Of a stretch of 64,000 nt of DNA, positions 34,916 through 47,264 are shown piece after piece. The translations under genes were made by a program, and so were the position numbers. Under the pieces are notes generated by a model. It made no database searches, had not been told where the DNA came from, and worked only from the letters and a program-made list of their open reading frames with translations. The stretch comes from Tubiluchus corallicola (taxonomy: Eukaryota > Animalia > Priapulida), in NCBI GenBank assembly GCA_030141605.1, contig JAQGDQ010000981.1, forward strand, positions 1 to 64,000, written 5' to 3'. Within the stretch, counting starts at the first letter, position 1; each line of letters begins with the position of its first letter.

Positions 34916-36780
34916 CACTGTAGCAATTACTTGATTCTGGCCCCTAGCAAGACTAGATTCACCTTCGTAACATAGTAAATACTGTGCCTTTAGCAGCAAT
35001 TAGTGAGCTCGAAATCAGGCCCGAGTTTGTGTTTTACTGCTAGCATATAGTTGAGCAAAATAAAAAGGCCCGCATGCGTTTATGAGAGAGAAATGGGTTT
35101 ATAATTGACTGTTCCGTAGGTATGTCCAGAGTAAAATTATGATCACCAAAACGAGGTTCTGAGCAAAATATTAGAGAAATCCCGAGGGCATAAAATAGCG
35201 ATAATGGAGGATTAAGAAGGTTACCGGAATCCAACAGATAACAAATGGCAAAAGCTCCAAAATAAGACCTGACTAGATTGACAATACGATTTTCACTGGC
35301 TGTTGTACTCTACCAGGAAGGTTAAGGTAACGAGCAGCTCAGATGTGGTTGCACGATTTGTTAAGCCCCAGAATGATGTTTGTATGGCTTAGCTTGCTTT
35401 AGATTATAGCACCAGGTGTGAAGTATTAAATCTTAGCTACTTTTGTGAGATCCAACCAATTTATCAAGACACCACACAAGTCAACGCCAAGCAAATGAAC
35501 ATAAGGCTGCTCAGAAAGCGATAAAATAGCCCATATGATTAATAAGCAGTTTACCATTACAATGGCGAGAAATGGAAACGTATTTTTGGCAAAAAATATA
35601 ATAACCCAAGCTTGGCCGCTGTCAAATCTAATTAAATATTCCTTTAAGCATGTAAGGCGCTTTTGATCGAGAATTGTGTTTTTGAGGTATCGTAGTACAT
35701 ACTATGCTGACTAATATCAGCAAAAAGGATTTGTGGGGTACTTTATCCCGATTGTGGGGTGTCGTTATAATGCCAACGTGCTTGGGCAGCATTTGACATT
35801 AGGGTAGTCTCTAGCTAGCATGAAGCCATCCAAGCTGTATTAAATTTTGTGCTCAGGTTTCAATAGAGTCTATGACGATTCCATGTGTTTCTTAATTTTG
35901 GCTTTATTAGTTTTCAAACAATATTTGTTTGCATAATTCGTTTATTGCCTTGCACTTCTTATGCAATGATGTTTCTTATTCAGTTTTATTGTTTTTTTGT
36001 CTTACCACACTTTCAATGTACATATGAAATAAATATTACAATTGATGTATTGTTGTTCTGATGCTTCTGGCAGTTAGCTTGGATTTTATTTTCTTAGTAA
36101 TTGGACTTTAGAAAACTAATCGAATGGAGACTCAAACAAGTGGACTTTCTTGATTTTTCAACGCCTTTATTTCGACTTCCAAAAGAAAGCGACAGGAAGG
36201 CGGCTCGATCTAAGCCGCTTGTTAACGATGGTGATAACAGTGACGATGATGAAGATGACGATGACGACCACGGTGATTAGGATAGTGCAATGAAAATGAG
36301 AACGACGACAATGACAGAGAGAAGGTTAGATTAATTAAGCATAGCGCATTACTTCTTGACCACCCTTATTCACATGTACAGCGTACACTCGGAACCATTA
36401 CTCATTTCAGTGAACTAATTTAGGCTGTGGCATATTTCACTAATTGTGTTAACTCCAATGAATGCAGATCTTCTTAGAATATTTTCTATTCGCTAATAAG
36501 ACGTGACGGCTATTTCCTGCAAATAGCTGGCCTAGAAGATGTGAACTGAAAATGCTTTTAGGTAGATGCAATCCTTGTTTAGCCGACGTAAATCGAGTGG
36601 CTGTATCTTCCTTGATTACACAATATTGAAGCATTTTACTGTCCACCCACAAATACTAAATTTTGGCGCAGTGGTACAAGGGATAAAAATATGTAAATTG
36701 AAAAGTAGGCAGTTGTGTGTGTTTGGGCGACAGGTTGACAGTTTCCGAGTAGAGCAGAACAGGAATGTAATGAAAGAAAG

Positions 36781-36784
<4 letters not shown>

Positions 36785-36857
<73 letters not shown>
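36785..36857. repeat. (AG)n microsatellite
   Basis: Direct reading. Confidence 0.95.
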
Positions 36858-36860
<3 letters not shown>

Positions 36861-38350
36861 TTAAACAAAAACGAGAGAGTGAACAGAAAAGGATATTGTA
36901 GATAGGTTGGCAGTTTGCAAACAGAAAAGGAACGGTTGCTGTTTTTACCTTGCTGCTATTTTTCAATATTTTACTGTATTTCTTCAATAAACAAGAAGCG
37001 TGTCTTAGTATGTGCAAAGTTTTCGCGGTAATTAAGTTTTTGGTAGAATGTCTGAGGTTCAGCGTTTGCTAAATGAAGTACCGTATTTCAAAATGATGAC
37101 CACCTAGCCACCGATATGTGGACCCACAGCGAAAACAAAACGAAGCACCTCCTACTATTATTCTTTGGCTTGTGTCGATTAATGATGAGCATAATTATGT
37201 TAATATCTGCATTACATCACCAGAAAGTTAAAATAACCAGTCCACGATTCGTAGAAAGTTATGATATGATATTGATTGATATGATATTATATGATATGAT
37301 ATCATTCAAATGATTTGTAATTTTGCTTTCAAATATATGTATAAGAATCTATAAAAATTTAGACTACTGTGTGGACGGCTTCAACAGGGCATATTTATGT
37401 AGCACAAACTTGATAGCTGATTATGAGTTTTCAGTTGGGGTTTAATTTACAGCAGGTGCGACTTTTGATAGCACTGGCCACCTGATATAACTAATCACTT
37501 TTATATGTACATACCACGAGGCTTCTTAATGTTTTCCGCTGGACATACAAAGACCATTTTATAGTTAGATGCTTCTCGGCCCACATATATCTTTGGCTTA
37601 TCCATTTTCATTTTGTTAGTGCTGTTTTCGCTGTTACCCATATTAGCGCACTGTGGCACACGTTAATGCAATTTAAGAAAAGAACTTTAACAAAACCATG
37701 CCATACTCTAATACACTTGCTACCAAAATTCACAGTCGCTCATTTTGAAGCTGCCTAAAAACCCGCAGAATTCACAATGGTGCATGCATGGCAGGTGATT
37801 ATTAGTTAAACATGGACGAGTATCAGGCGGATACGGCTTCACGCGTCACACACAATGCGACTATTAGCTAGTAAGTACTGCAACTGATGAAGCAGCAGTT
37901 TCCATGAAGTAAACCAACTGTAAAACACTTGAAAAATCCACTGATAATGCTTGTCACGGTACACACCGTTCCTGCTCGAAAATAAAAATGTGTCATTTCA
38001 ATCAGCTGTGAACGTATAACAATTTTTACATAGATTAGACCCGTGAGCATTGAAATCGAAGACAATAGTCATTATAACGATGTTCGCACGCCCGCACGGC
38101 TGTCAACTGCGTGCATGTCTCTCTAATTCAAGCGCAGAAAATCAATGTCTGTGGCGTTAAACTTAAAGGCGCCACTAGTCAGTAACCACATATATTTATA
38201 GGTGAAGTTATAATAAGTAGCTTAGGCTTACTTAAAACATTACTACGCATTTTAACTGTGATAAGCTAGGATTAATAAACAGTTTATATAAAAACAGCAA
38301 TTAACCTACCGATTAATGAGTTCAGGTAAAGAAAGAACTAAAAACCGCAA

Positions 38351-38418
38351 GCCAAACAGGATTTAAACTCGAGACCTTGCGGTTAGCATTCACATATTCT
38401 AACCATTTGAACTACTGA
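38351..38418 (-). mobile_element. tRNA-derived (SINE-head-like) relic
   Basis: Minus strand has A-box-like TAGTTCAAATGG and B-box-like GTTTAAATCC at tRNA spacing, but no paired acceptor stem. Confidence 0.35.
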
Positions 38419-41400
38419 TCTGACACGGTAGTGCAGGCAAGCCTGAATTCTCATTCGCACAGCACACAATTACTGGATTAATTAACCGCTTAATACAGAA
38501 TTCAGCTTTATGTAAATCCTAAAACTATAGGAATGCCCAAGTATTTTCTCTAAGCACGAGCACATGACATCAGCTGGTTTAAATGAAACCTCTGACTGGC
38601 GTCAAATGATGTCTGTAGAATGGCACACTGAATCGTTTGGTGTCCATGTAAAAGTTGAATTGGCATCTGTAGATGCAAGTCAACAAAACGTACAGAAATT
38701 GATGCCGTTATATTCTTAGTAGTCTGAAAACGTGAAATTTTGCACATTCGTTCTCAAACGTATTTCTATAATCGTTTTCGAAGCCTAGTTATTATCATAT
38801 AACTAGACGATAGTAGTAACACTCAAATTATTCTTCACGAACGCCATGACGCACATGGTTCATGGTTTGTAGCTTGATTGGAGTGAGTTTGGTATAATCG
38901 CACCTATATTTTTTAATGGTCTCTGGTCATTTAACTGCCAGCACTAAAGTCGGTTCAGAGTACGCCCAGGCCGCGCTGACGAACTATTATTAGTAGCTAG
39001 GCCTATTACTGTTGGCTACAGGAGTCGAAGAGATTACCTAGGTTAAAGTCAAACAGCTGTAAAGCAGATAAGTAAAATAACCGCTAATCAGAGGAAGTAT
39101 AAAGCCATAATTTAATGTTTTTCTCTGGTAGCGAAACTGTTAGGTTATGGCATAGCGCGGAAGATAACCTTTGCGAAACAAAAGATAATCCAATTAGTAA
39201 GTGAATTCTAATTGCTACCTGAAATTACAGTTTTATCTCATAATTATAACTAATCGTTGTTAAATGCCTATGATTTTTTTTATGAAGAAACTTCAAATTA
39301 CCGCACATCCTTACGCACAAGTAACGACCAGTGTTTTGTTAATGTGAATATTATAATGCATTATACTCTGTTTAGTTATTTGTCAAATTTTGTGCGCTTT
39401 TCTGAAGTAACATAAATTTATGTACGTAAATCAAATTATACATGAATGTAAGTAAAGCTGTAAACAACAGTACACAATACAAAAGTGGTGAATATAGTAT
39501 TACGAGCAGTCGAGCATCCAGGTACTACATAGTGTACTATTAAAAAGGCTTATCAACGCAGAGCTAGTACCGCCAATTTCCTTTTGACGGATCTCTTCCA
39601 CGAAGTTTTATCTTTGCTTTCGCCAAGATTTCACTAACCAAGATGGATAAAATGCTCATTTAATTGCAGCGCTTCCGCCGCAGCTGACTGCAATCCGAAT
39701 CAGTTTAAATGAAAAGACGGATTAGTTCCGTATCCAATCTACGGATTCAAAAGCCAAAAGCAAAACATCCTACAATAATCAAAGTTAACCGTTTCTAGAA
39801 TATCTTTTGACATGGCAGTTTGGCAGCCATTACACAATAACTTTACAAGTTTTCACGTGATATGGCGAAGTAAAAAATGTATGCTTAATGTACCTTAATA
39901 TTTATCAATGGCCTAAAAACAGGCAGATCGCAGTGAAGACTCAGATAAGTGATGTCACAAAAGGCATGAAAGAATAACACTTAAAAACTAAAAATGTTAT
40001 TGTTTTGTTGAGGTAACTTGGAAATCTGGATAGGACGCGATAGTATTATGTGATTTTAATGCAAAATTACATTTTTACCAAAATAATGTATTGCAACCTA
40101 CAGTAGAGCGTGGCCGTGTGGCAGTCTAAAGAGCGATTGTGCCAGCGGTCTATTTCAATCTCTCTTTCTATCTGTATATTAATTTGGTAACTAGAAATCT
40201 AACTGCAAGTGAATACGAATTTTGCAGTGATATGTGTTATTAATAATATTGAAAACGAATGTATAAATCCAAAGGAACTTTCCAAAAGAAGTTAGAAATT
40301 GCAGCAGCAGTTTTATAAGATTGTGGCGTATTATGAATCAAAGCTTTCTCAAGATTGTTACTACTATAGCTGATATACAAGTAGGCTAGTAACATGTGTA
40401 AAAGCAAAATGATTCTGTACAACCATTTGATATAATAATAACATAACAGTTGTTTGCAATATAATACACAAAATTACATGGTCGGTGAAAAATTGAACCT
40501 TTACAGTGTTATATGAACATTTTCGACACGATGCAAGTAGTAATAATTACACAATAATTTAAAACAAATTAAAACCTATAAATATTTAGAAAACATCGTA
40601 ACGAACATTTACGCCTTTGTTATCATTCTCAAAAATTTTCTTTCATTTATGCTCGAGGAATTTTGCTTAGGCGAAAAGTCAAGTAGAAAATCACACTAAT
40701 ACAAGCACAATGATGCAAAGAAGCGTGCAAAGTTCCTTAAAAAAAGTTGCAGCTTTGCACAATTAAACTGTAAAGCGTGATAATTTGTTTTTATTACTGA
40801 CTGAGATAAATCACCGTTGTATAAATCCACCTACCACTTACAAATTTCAATAATTTCAATAGGCATTTTATAAGATGCTTAACTAACTATGACCTATACG
40901 AATTTCTGCACGTTACTGATTATAGTTTTAGCTTTTTTTCACACTCACAAATAACGGCCTTTTGGGGGTCTATATAAGGAAGATAAATGTAAAAAAGCAA
41001 TGTTAAAAAGGGATGGTAGGAGACAAAAGTTCGAAAGACAGTATTGCAATGAAAGCGGTAAAAAAGTAATTCACAAAAAGTTAATATGCAAAAGACAAAG
41101 TTAAAGTCAAAAATAAAAAGACAGAGGTAAGAAGATAATAAGCTAAGACGGGAAAATGGAGGCGTTTTTAGTTTCACTCATTTACGTTTGCTTTTCTACT
41201 TTTATTTTTGTGGTATCCTTTTTTGCCCTTTGTCTTATTACGTTTTCATACCTGTTAGTTTTTTACTATTAACTTGTTAATGCTCAACCTTTTCACTACA
41301 GGATTTTTGTTTTTATCCTTTCATCGTGTTTTTTACTTTTCTCACTAGTGTCTCACTAACATTTGTTTATTATTTTATTTTTATGTGATTGCATGTTGTT

Positions 41401-43229
41401 ATTAAATATCAGACAACAGAAATGAACAGATTAAGAGAAAATGATAAAACACGCAAGAAGAGAAGTTCTATATGAAAACAAGTTTTTTTATGTAGGCTGA
41501 AAGTTGCCTGTTTCGTTTGTTGCTGCAAATATGTTTTGTTGTTAGTTGTTAAACTATCAGATAATAAAAGCAATTTCAGCTTGACGCAAAAATAATCAAC
41601 AATTATTGTTTTTACTTTGTATTTGATTCCAAGTTTTCATTAATTATAGGAATTTTATTAGTTAGACGGCTAAATAGAAAGACCATCGAATTTATATTAC
41701 GTTTCTGGTACATAATTATTATGAATTGCTCACTGTAACGTAAGAAAAATTTCCTGTTTCGATGCAATCTTAAGATGTTGGCAATACCTCCTGGAATCCA
41801 ACTGTACTTATAGCCAGTAACAATGACACAATGCTGCATCGTGTATATAGACAATTACTGGCCGCAGTGAAGCCACATTCAAATGAAGCAGTTTTTCTAC
41901 CGGAAGCTGCAACTGGGTAATTGCTCATTTTATACACGGAGCATTACCTTCATCAAGCATATTACCCAGCTAATGGGAGCCGACGAGACATGCGAGGCAT
42001 TGATTACATTACGCACGATGAAATCACCAACATCTGCAAGTGATGTGTTCAGTGTACCTAGCTGTTCTTGAGCACTGGAAACTGCTTCGCCTTGCATTAA
42101 CATGCGATCAAGACAGTTAATCCGTTACCCTTTAAGGTTGCATACCGAAAACGGCTAAAATGACGAAAGTGACTTGAAAGTTGACGTTTAGACCAGCACC
42201 TGTCAATCCCACAATGGAAAGAACACGACGTCAGCACTGCCTTAGGTGAAAAAATGAGCAAGAAATCAAAGTATCACTAGAACTAACAATTGTTTTTAGT
42301 TTAGTGAGATTTTAAATTGTTTCCCTTTCTATCATCCACTTGAAGATAGTGTATAATAGTTTTATTGAATTTGCGCTTTTCTAATTTCTTCCACTGCGTA
42401 GTTTACTAAGTCACTTATGTGTCAAGTTGCCATTAATTAAATTTATGTTTGTTTTAATGACGAACTACTGGAACCCATCAGACAGATGGCTATCGACATT
42501 GAAGTCGAGTTATAGGCCTTCTAATCTAGCGGCACAATCACAAAGAATGACAATTACTGCGTATTTCCAGTAATCTCAATTTCTTGATATCTGGCACAGT
42601 TACAGAGTGTAGTTAGTTGCTAGTAAATGAACTACAGTTTAAAAATTCAATGACACCTCATTAATTAATACTTATTGGCAGCTTAAGGGAGTATTTTTGT
42701 CAACTTTGCTTTGGTTTAAAAACTCAAAAGTCTTTCAACAATATTACGTTGAATTTTCTTTTCAATGATTACCAGTAAGAACAAATAAAAGAAAAGACTC
42801 AGTATACTATAAAAATAAGAACTTTTTATCAATTTTAGCGATATTTTGTATTTTTTCTCCTACTCCCACATACGTATTACGTAAGAAAAGGAAGAATGTT
42901 GGAAATGTAATCGTTTTCGTTAGTGAAACTTTCGTAAAAGAAAGGCAATGCATTCATGACATACCAAGTTATATTTTAAGCATGTTTTCAGTTATATTTT
43001 AAGCGTGTTTTCTTCTGGCACATTCGTCTGCATTTAGAATGATGTTGGCCAGCCGCAGTAATCTTGAGCTTCTGCTCGTTGTCAAAAGATCAGCTCGTCT
43101 TGACGTGGTTTGAATTGACTTAGTCTTTAAAATAACCAGCACGATTTTCTGAATGCCACGCAGTTAAAATCGCCTGTCGACATTACATTTCCGGATGCTG
43201 TATGGGATAAATCTCCAGGTGCCCGCGTG

Positions 43230-43243
43230 GTTTCCATGACAAC
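43230..43243. promoter_or_regulatory. RFX X-box motif GTTTCCATGACAAC
   Basis: Exact fit to the X-box consensus GTHNYY-AT-RRNAAC, within a relatively CpG-rich patch upstream of PDE1. Confidence 0.45.
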
Positions 43244-44246
43244 GAATGAAGACAAAAATGATAACCTATGACGGAGAGAGAAACTTGTAGGTGTCGCGTG
43301 CATACAGTGACTCGATAGTCTCATAGACATTCTGAGCGCTGATGTTTATAATGGTATTACGCGTCCAGTGCTACTTTCACTCAAAAAGTGTTTATATTAC
43401 TATAGAAACAACATATTGAGGTGCATACAAACCTTATTTTTATCAGATGACCAAATTAACCCAATCAACCCAAGTAATTGTCAGATAGAGAAACAATTGA
43501 GCTTATCATGGTTGCAAGATTCAAGCTGCTAGCACCATCTATGTACAAGCGTAGCAACATTCTGACAAATTTCATCAGAAATATTATAATTATTCAATTA
43601 GAAAATGAAAAATTGCGCACTCGATTACTGTTCATGAATAGTTAGAATTGCCACGGTTTCAAAATGTTTTTTATTAAAATATTATTCTATTCTTTGTTTG
43701 ATTTTTGTCAAAATCGAATTTACGAATACAGTGCATTTATTCGCTAAACAAAGCCAAAGTGAATCTTAGTGGTTTCGTTTTTTCATTATTATAAGGAAAT
43801 TGTCGAGAATGTCAATTATGCTGATGAACTCTCAAGGTTGTAAATATTCAAGTAAATGACAACTAAAATGACAGAAGCTGTATTCCAACTTTTTCACATC
43901 GTCTGCCTCTGAAGTTTCGTGTCACAATTTAATTAATTGCGGGTTTGTAACATAATCAGTTACAATAGTATTTATTTCGAGTATTCATCGTCCTGCAGGG
44001 GGATTAGTCACTTGTCTGCTCTAGCATGTAAATTAAGATTATTCAGTCTCTAAATTAAGCCTTACAAGACGGTTGTAGCTTAATAACACTGCACTACACA
44101 GACTGTGTGATACACATTACTAATATGCATTGTATTGAAATTACCACTATCTATGCATATATATGGTTTGTAGAAATATATGGTTTGTAATATAAATTTT
44201 AATAACTTCTAAAATAGTTTCTTGAGTGTAGTAGTAAAGATGTACG

Positions 44247-44376
44247 CAGGTGGGATGCAAAAAAAGCGTTACTAGCGCTTTCTGTACTTGGCTCCTTGAT
44301 CAAACTGCCTGTGGCCCGCAGGATTTGTGGGAAAGCTTAATGTGGCCCTGCTAGTCAGATAATTTGCACACCCCTG
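44247..44376. mobile_element. hAT (Charlie-like) element terminal fragment
   Basis: Repeated gtggccc subterminal motifs and terminus tttgcacacccctg followed by gtctagac (NTCTAGAN target preference). Left end degenerate. Confidence 0.45.
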
Positions 44377-46294
44377 GTCTAGACTACACTAGATGGCTCT
44401 TGCGAAACATGAATTACAAAGACCAAGTGCGTGACTTGGTAGTAATTAGTAACAGAGCGTCAAAGCAATAATTCCAATAATTGCCGATTTAAATTTAGAA
44501 TATTTTTAGAAAATTAGTTTAATTAGACCCGTACATGCAAAAAAATCAATAACTGGATACAACAAAATGTTGCTAGAAGAGAAGCGACGATATGTGATTA
44601 ATGGAAATCTATAGAAACCGCAACTGATGAGAAAGCATTCAGAACTTTAAGTAGAGACAATTCCATTATACTATATGGGCTTCTTTTCAAGTGAATACAT
44701 TCAACGGAATTCTCAGATTAAGGGAATTGTAGTCAACGATAACATTTTTTAACCAATAACCAGCTTTGCAGTAATCAGAAACAACCTTTTCTATAAATGT
44801 GTGTGCATAACTGTAACGTAGGTTCAGTAGGCACTACGTTAATCTTGAAAAGCTATTACAGCCACTGCCAAATGTTTTGCCAGGGCAAAAAGCAGAAAAC
44901 TACAGGTGATCCGACTTGAGTGACCTACTTTTAAGTTTTAATGATTTTTTATCATTACCCACCCAAACAATTGTAAGCCAGTTCTCTAAAATCGGACCCT
45001 AACTTAAATAAACCAGGCGATGCGGACAGATGTATACTTATTCAAAGTGAAGTTTCACTGACTAATTTTCATATAGGCATATATTTAGTCACGTCATTGT
45101 GGAGTTGTAAGCCTAAACTTATCAGCTACTACGCATGCATGCGTTAATTTGCAATTATTAGTAATTACAACGGTATTTAAGTACTATGGAAAACAAAAAT
45201 GCGAAATCCTGCATTTATTTATTAGCTCCACAGGTACTATTTCTGATAGTGCTGTATAAACTCAGACCTTGTTAAAACAGTCATATGATGCAAGCAGAAT
45301 AAGCTGCGTGAAATAAAAGTTGAAAAAGCTTTGCATAGTTACTGCGTTTTTCTGATGTATCAAATCCACGATACGTCCAAGAATAATAAGCGGTACGCCA
45401 CAACAGATATAATCATAAGTTAGTCTGGTACAATGACAAAATAACAATAGTATACTGCATTCTGTGGAGGCAATACATACACAGCTTAGTTCATATAATA
45501 CACAATAAGATGTTAAACATGGTTTTAATGTCTAATAATTTTGGTAAATTTAATACATTATTGCGTTGCCAAATGCCAAAATAACGAAACGGCTCTTTTT
45601 TACTTTGATGTATATATAGGGCCGAGGCCTTTAATAAGTGAATTATTAATTACTTCAGCTATATTTTGTGCATTCAGTTTTCAGTTACAATACCTATAGG
45701 CAACGAAACAGTAGTGGAAACCTGGGCATCTTTTCTTGTTCAATTTCAGTAGAATCTTGTTTACTTTAACGGCTTCGCGGTAATTAGACAGTTTAATAGG
45801 CCCGTAAAATATTATTAAATGTCTTATGCACGACAAATTTGGCTTAGAGGACAGCTTAAGGTTGAAATCGTGAGACAGTGTTACTGATGTTTGCAGTCAC
45901 ATGCTAGTAGTAGTGATACATATTGTTAAACAGCGACGAATGTTTAACTGTAATGAACTGGCAAAATTTATATTAATGAAATTTTAATATCAGTACTTAT
46001 TCATCCGTTTCGTTTTAGAGGATCAAACATTTTACGCATCTCGTCATGCATTGTTAAGCCTTCTTCGTTGGGATTGTTTGCACAGAGTTTGTAACAATGT
46101 TAAACGATTATGAAATTCAAAAGAAAATTCACTAACGTGTCAAGGTTCACTGGCACAGACAAAGTGGGAGATGCACATTTGTCCACACAGTAGTCTAGTT
46201 TTAGCTTTACATAAGAACTTCTATGTTTTTGTGGATTACCTTTTGAATTTCATATTTGTTGTTAATGTCGTTATTAGGATTGACTGTTTCGATA

Positions 46295-47264
46295 CCGTAA
46301 AACGGGGTGAGTTCGCCACTTTTTAGGGGTATTTTTTACGTTTCCTGCCATAGCAAGAGAATTACCCAACCGATTTTCTTAGTTCAAGCTTTATATTGCC
46401 TTTCGAATGAAACACTATCGTGGGGTGAGTTCGCCACTAACAATTTAACACTGTTTAATGCCATTCTAGGCAGCTGAAGTTAACTGGTTGTGGTTGTTTG
46501 GTTGGGGGTGAGTTCGCCACCCTATGAAAAAATTATGAAAAATGTCTAGTTTTAGTTTTCAAATAGAAACTTCTACGTTGGCAAGGAAGGCTTGAACGTC
46601 TTGTGCACTGATCTTATCGCGGGCGCCCTTGATGTTGCCAGCCACTCTGAAAACCAGATTGTTCCTTCGGTCGAATGATTTGACAAAGTCTATTCCAGGG
46701 GTATTTGCCTTGAATCGTCGTTCCTGGATTCCCTTTGCGTCAAGAACACTCTTAATCAGTAGTCGGAGATCGATGGCAGTCATTGGGAACCCCCACTCAG
46801 CGGCCACTTGGAGTGTTGGCGATTTCGTGCTCCTCGGCGGCGGAGAACACTGGCTGACCTCCGGTCTTCCGCGGATGACTTCGTGAGAGTTTGTCAGAAA
46901 GGGTCTTTCTTGGAACTCCGAATTGCTTCGCCGCTGCGCTGATTGTCCTGTTGGTATTCTTGACGGCATGTAGGGCAGCTTCCAGAGCTTCTGGGGTATA
47001 ATTTTGGTATCTATGACCCGGTACAGGGGTGCAGGTGCGTGGCATGTTAAGTAGCCAGAAATAGTAGACAAATAATATGTAGAGCAGAATGGAATACTTC
47101 TAGTGCGAATTGAAAGAAGATAACTGTCGCAAACTGTTTATAATGACGGTGATCATGATATCTGTTCATTAAACACTGAACAATAGTTACAGCAAACCTA
47201 CAATGGCCATTACGTAAGGGGTGGCGAACTCACCCTCGGGTGGCGAACTCACCCCGTTTTACGG
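46295..47264 (-). mobile_element. pogo/Fot1-like (Tc1/mariner superfamily) DNA transposon, 970-bp internal-deletion derivative
   Basis: Perfect 25-bp TIRs ccgtaaaacggggtgagttcgccac (46295-46319, 47240-47264); TA duplication on both sides; extra internal copies of the core motif at 46422, 46505 and 47221; transposase remnant inside. Confidence 0.93.
46559..47045 (-). pseudogene. Truncated, frameshifted pogo-like transposase (pipsqueak-type HTH plus CENP-B-type HTH; DDE domain missing)
   Basis: MPRT...YTPEALEAALHAVK...TISAAAKQFGVPRKTLSDKL...GGQPVFSAAEE, then a frameshift near 46812 into LQVAAEWGFPMTAIDLRLLIKSVLD...RFKANTPGIDFVKSF. Confidence 0.88.

Noticed and set aside
34030-38418. tRNA-like segments (about 34030-34100, 34205-34265, 38351-38418) as tRNA genes
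   Set aside because: Degenerate A/B boxes and no complete cloverleaf; SINE-like relics at best.
46797-46830. Programmed ribosomal frameshift in the pogo transposase
   Set aside because: No slippery heptamer at the switch; a small indel in an element already lacking its catalytic domain is simpler.
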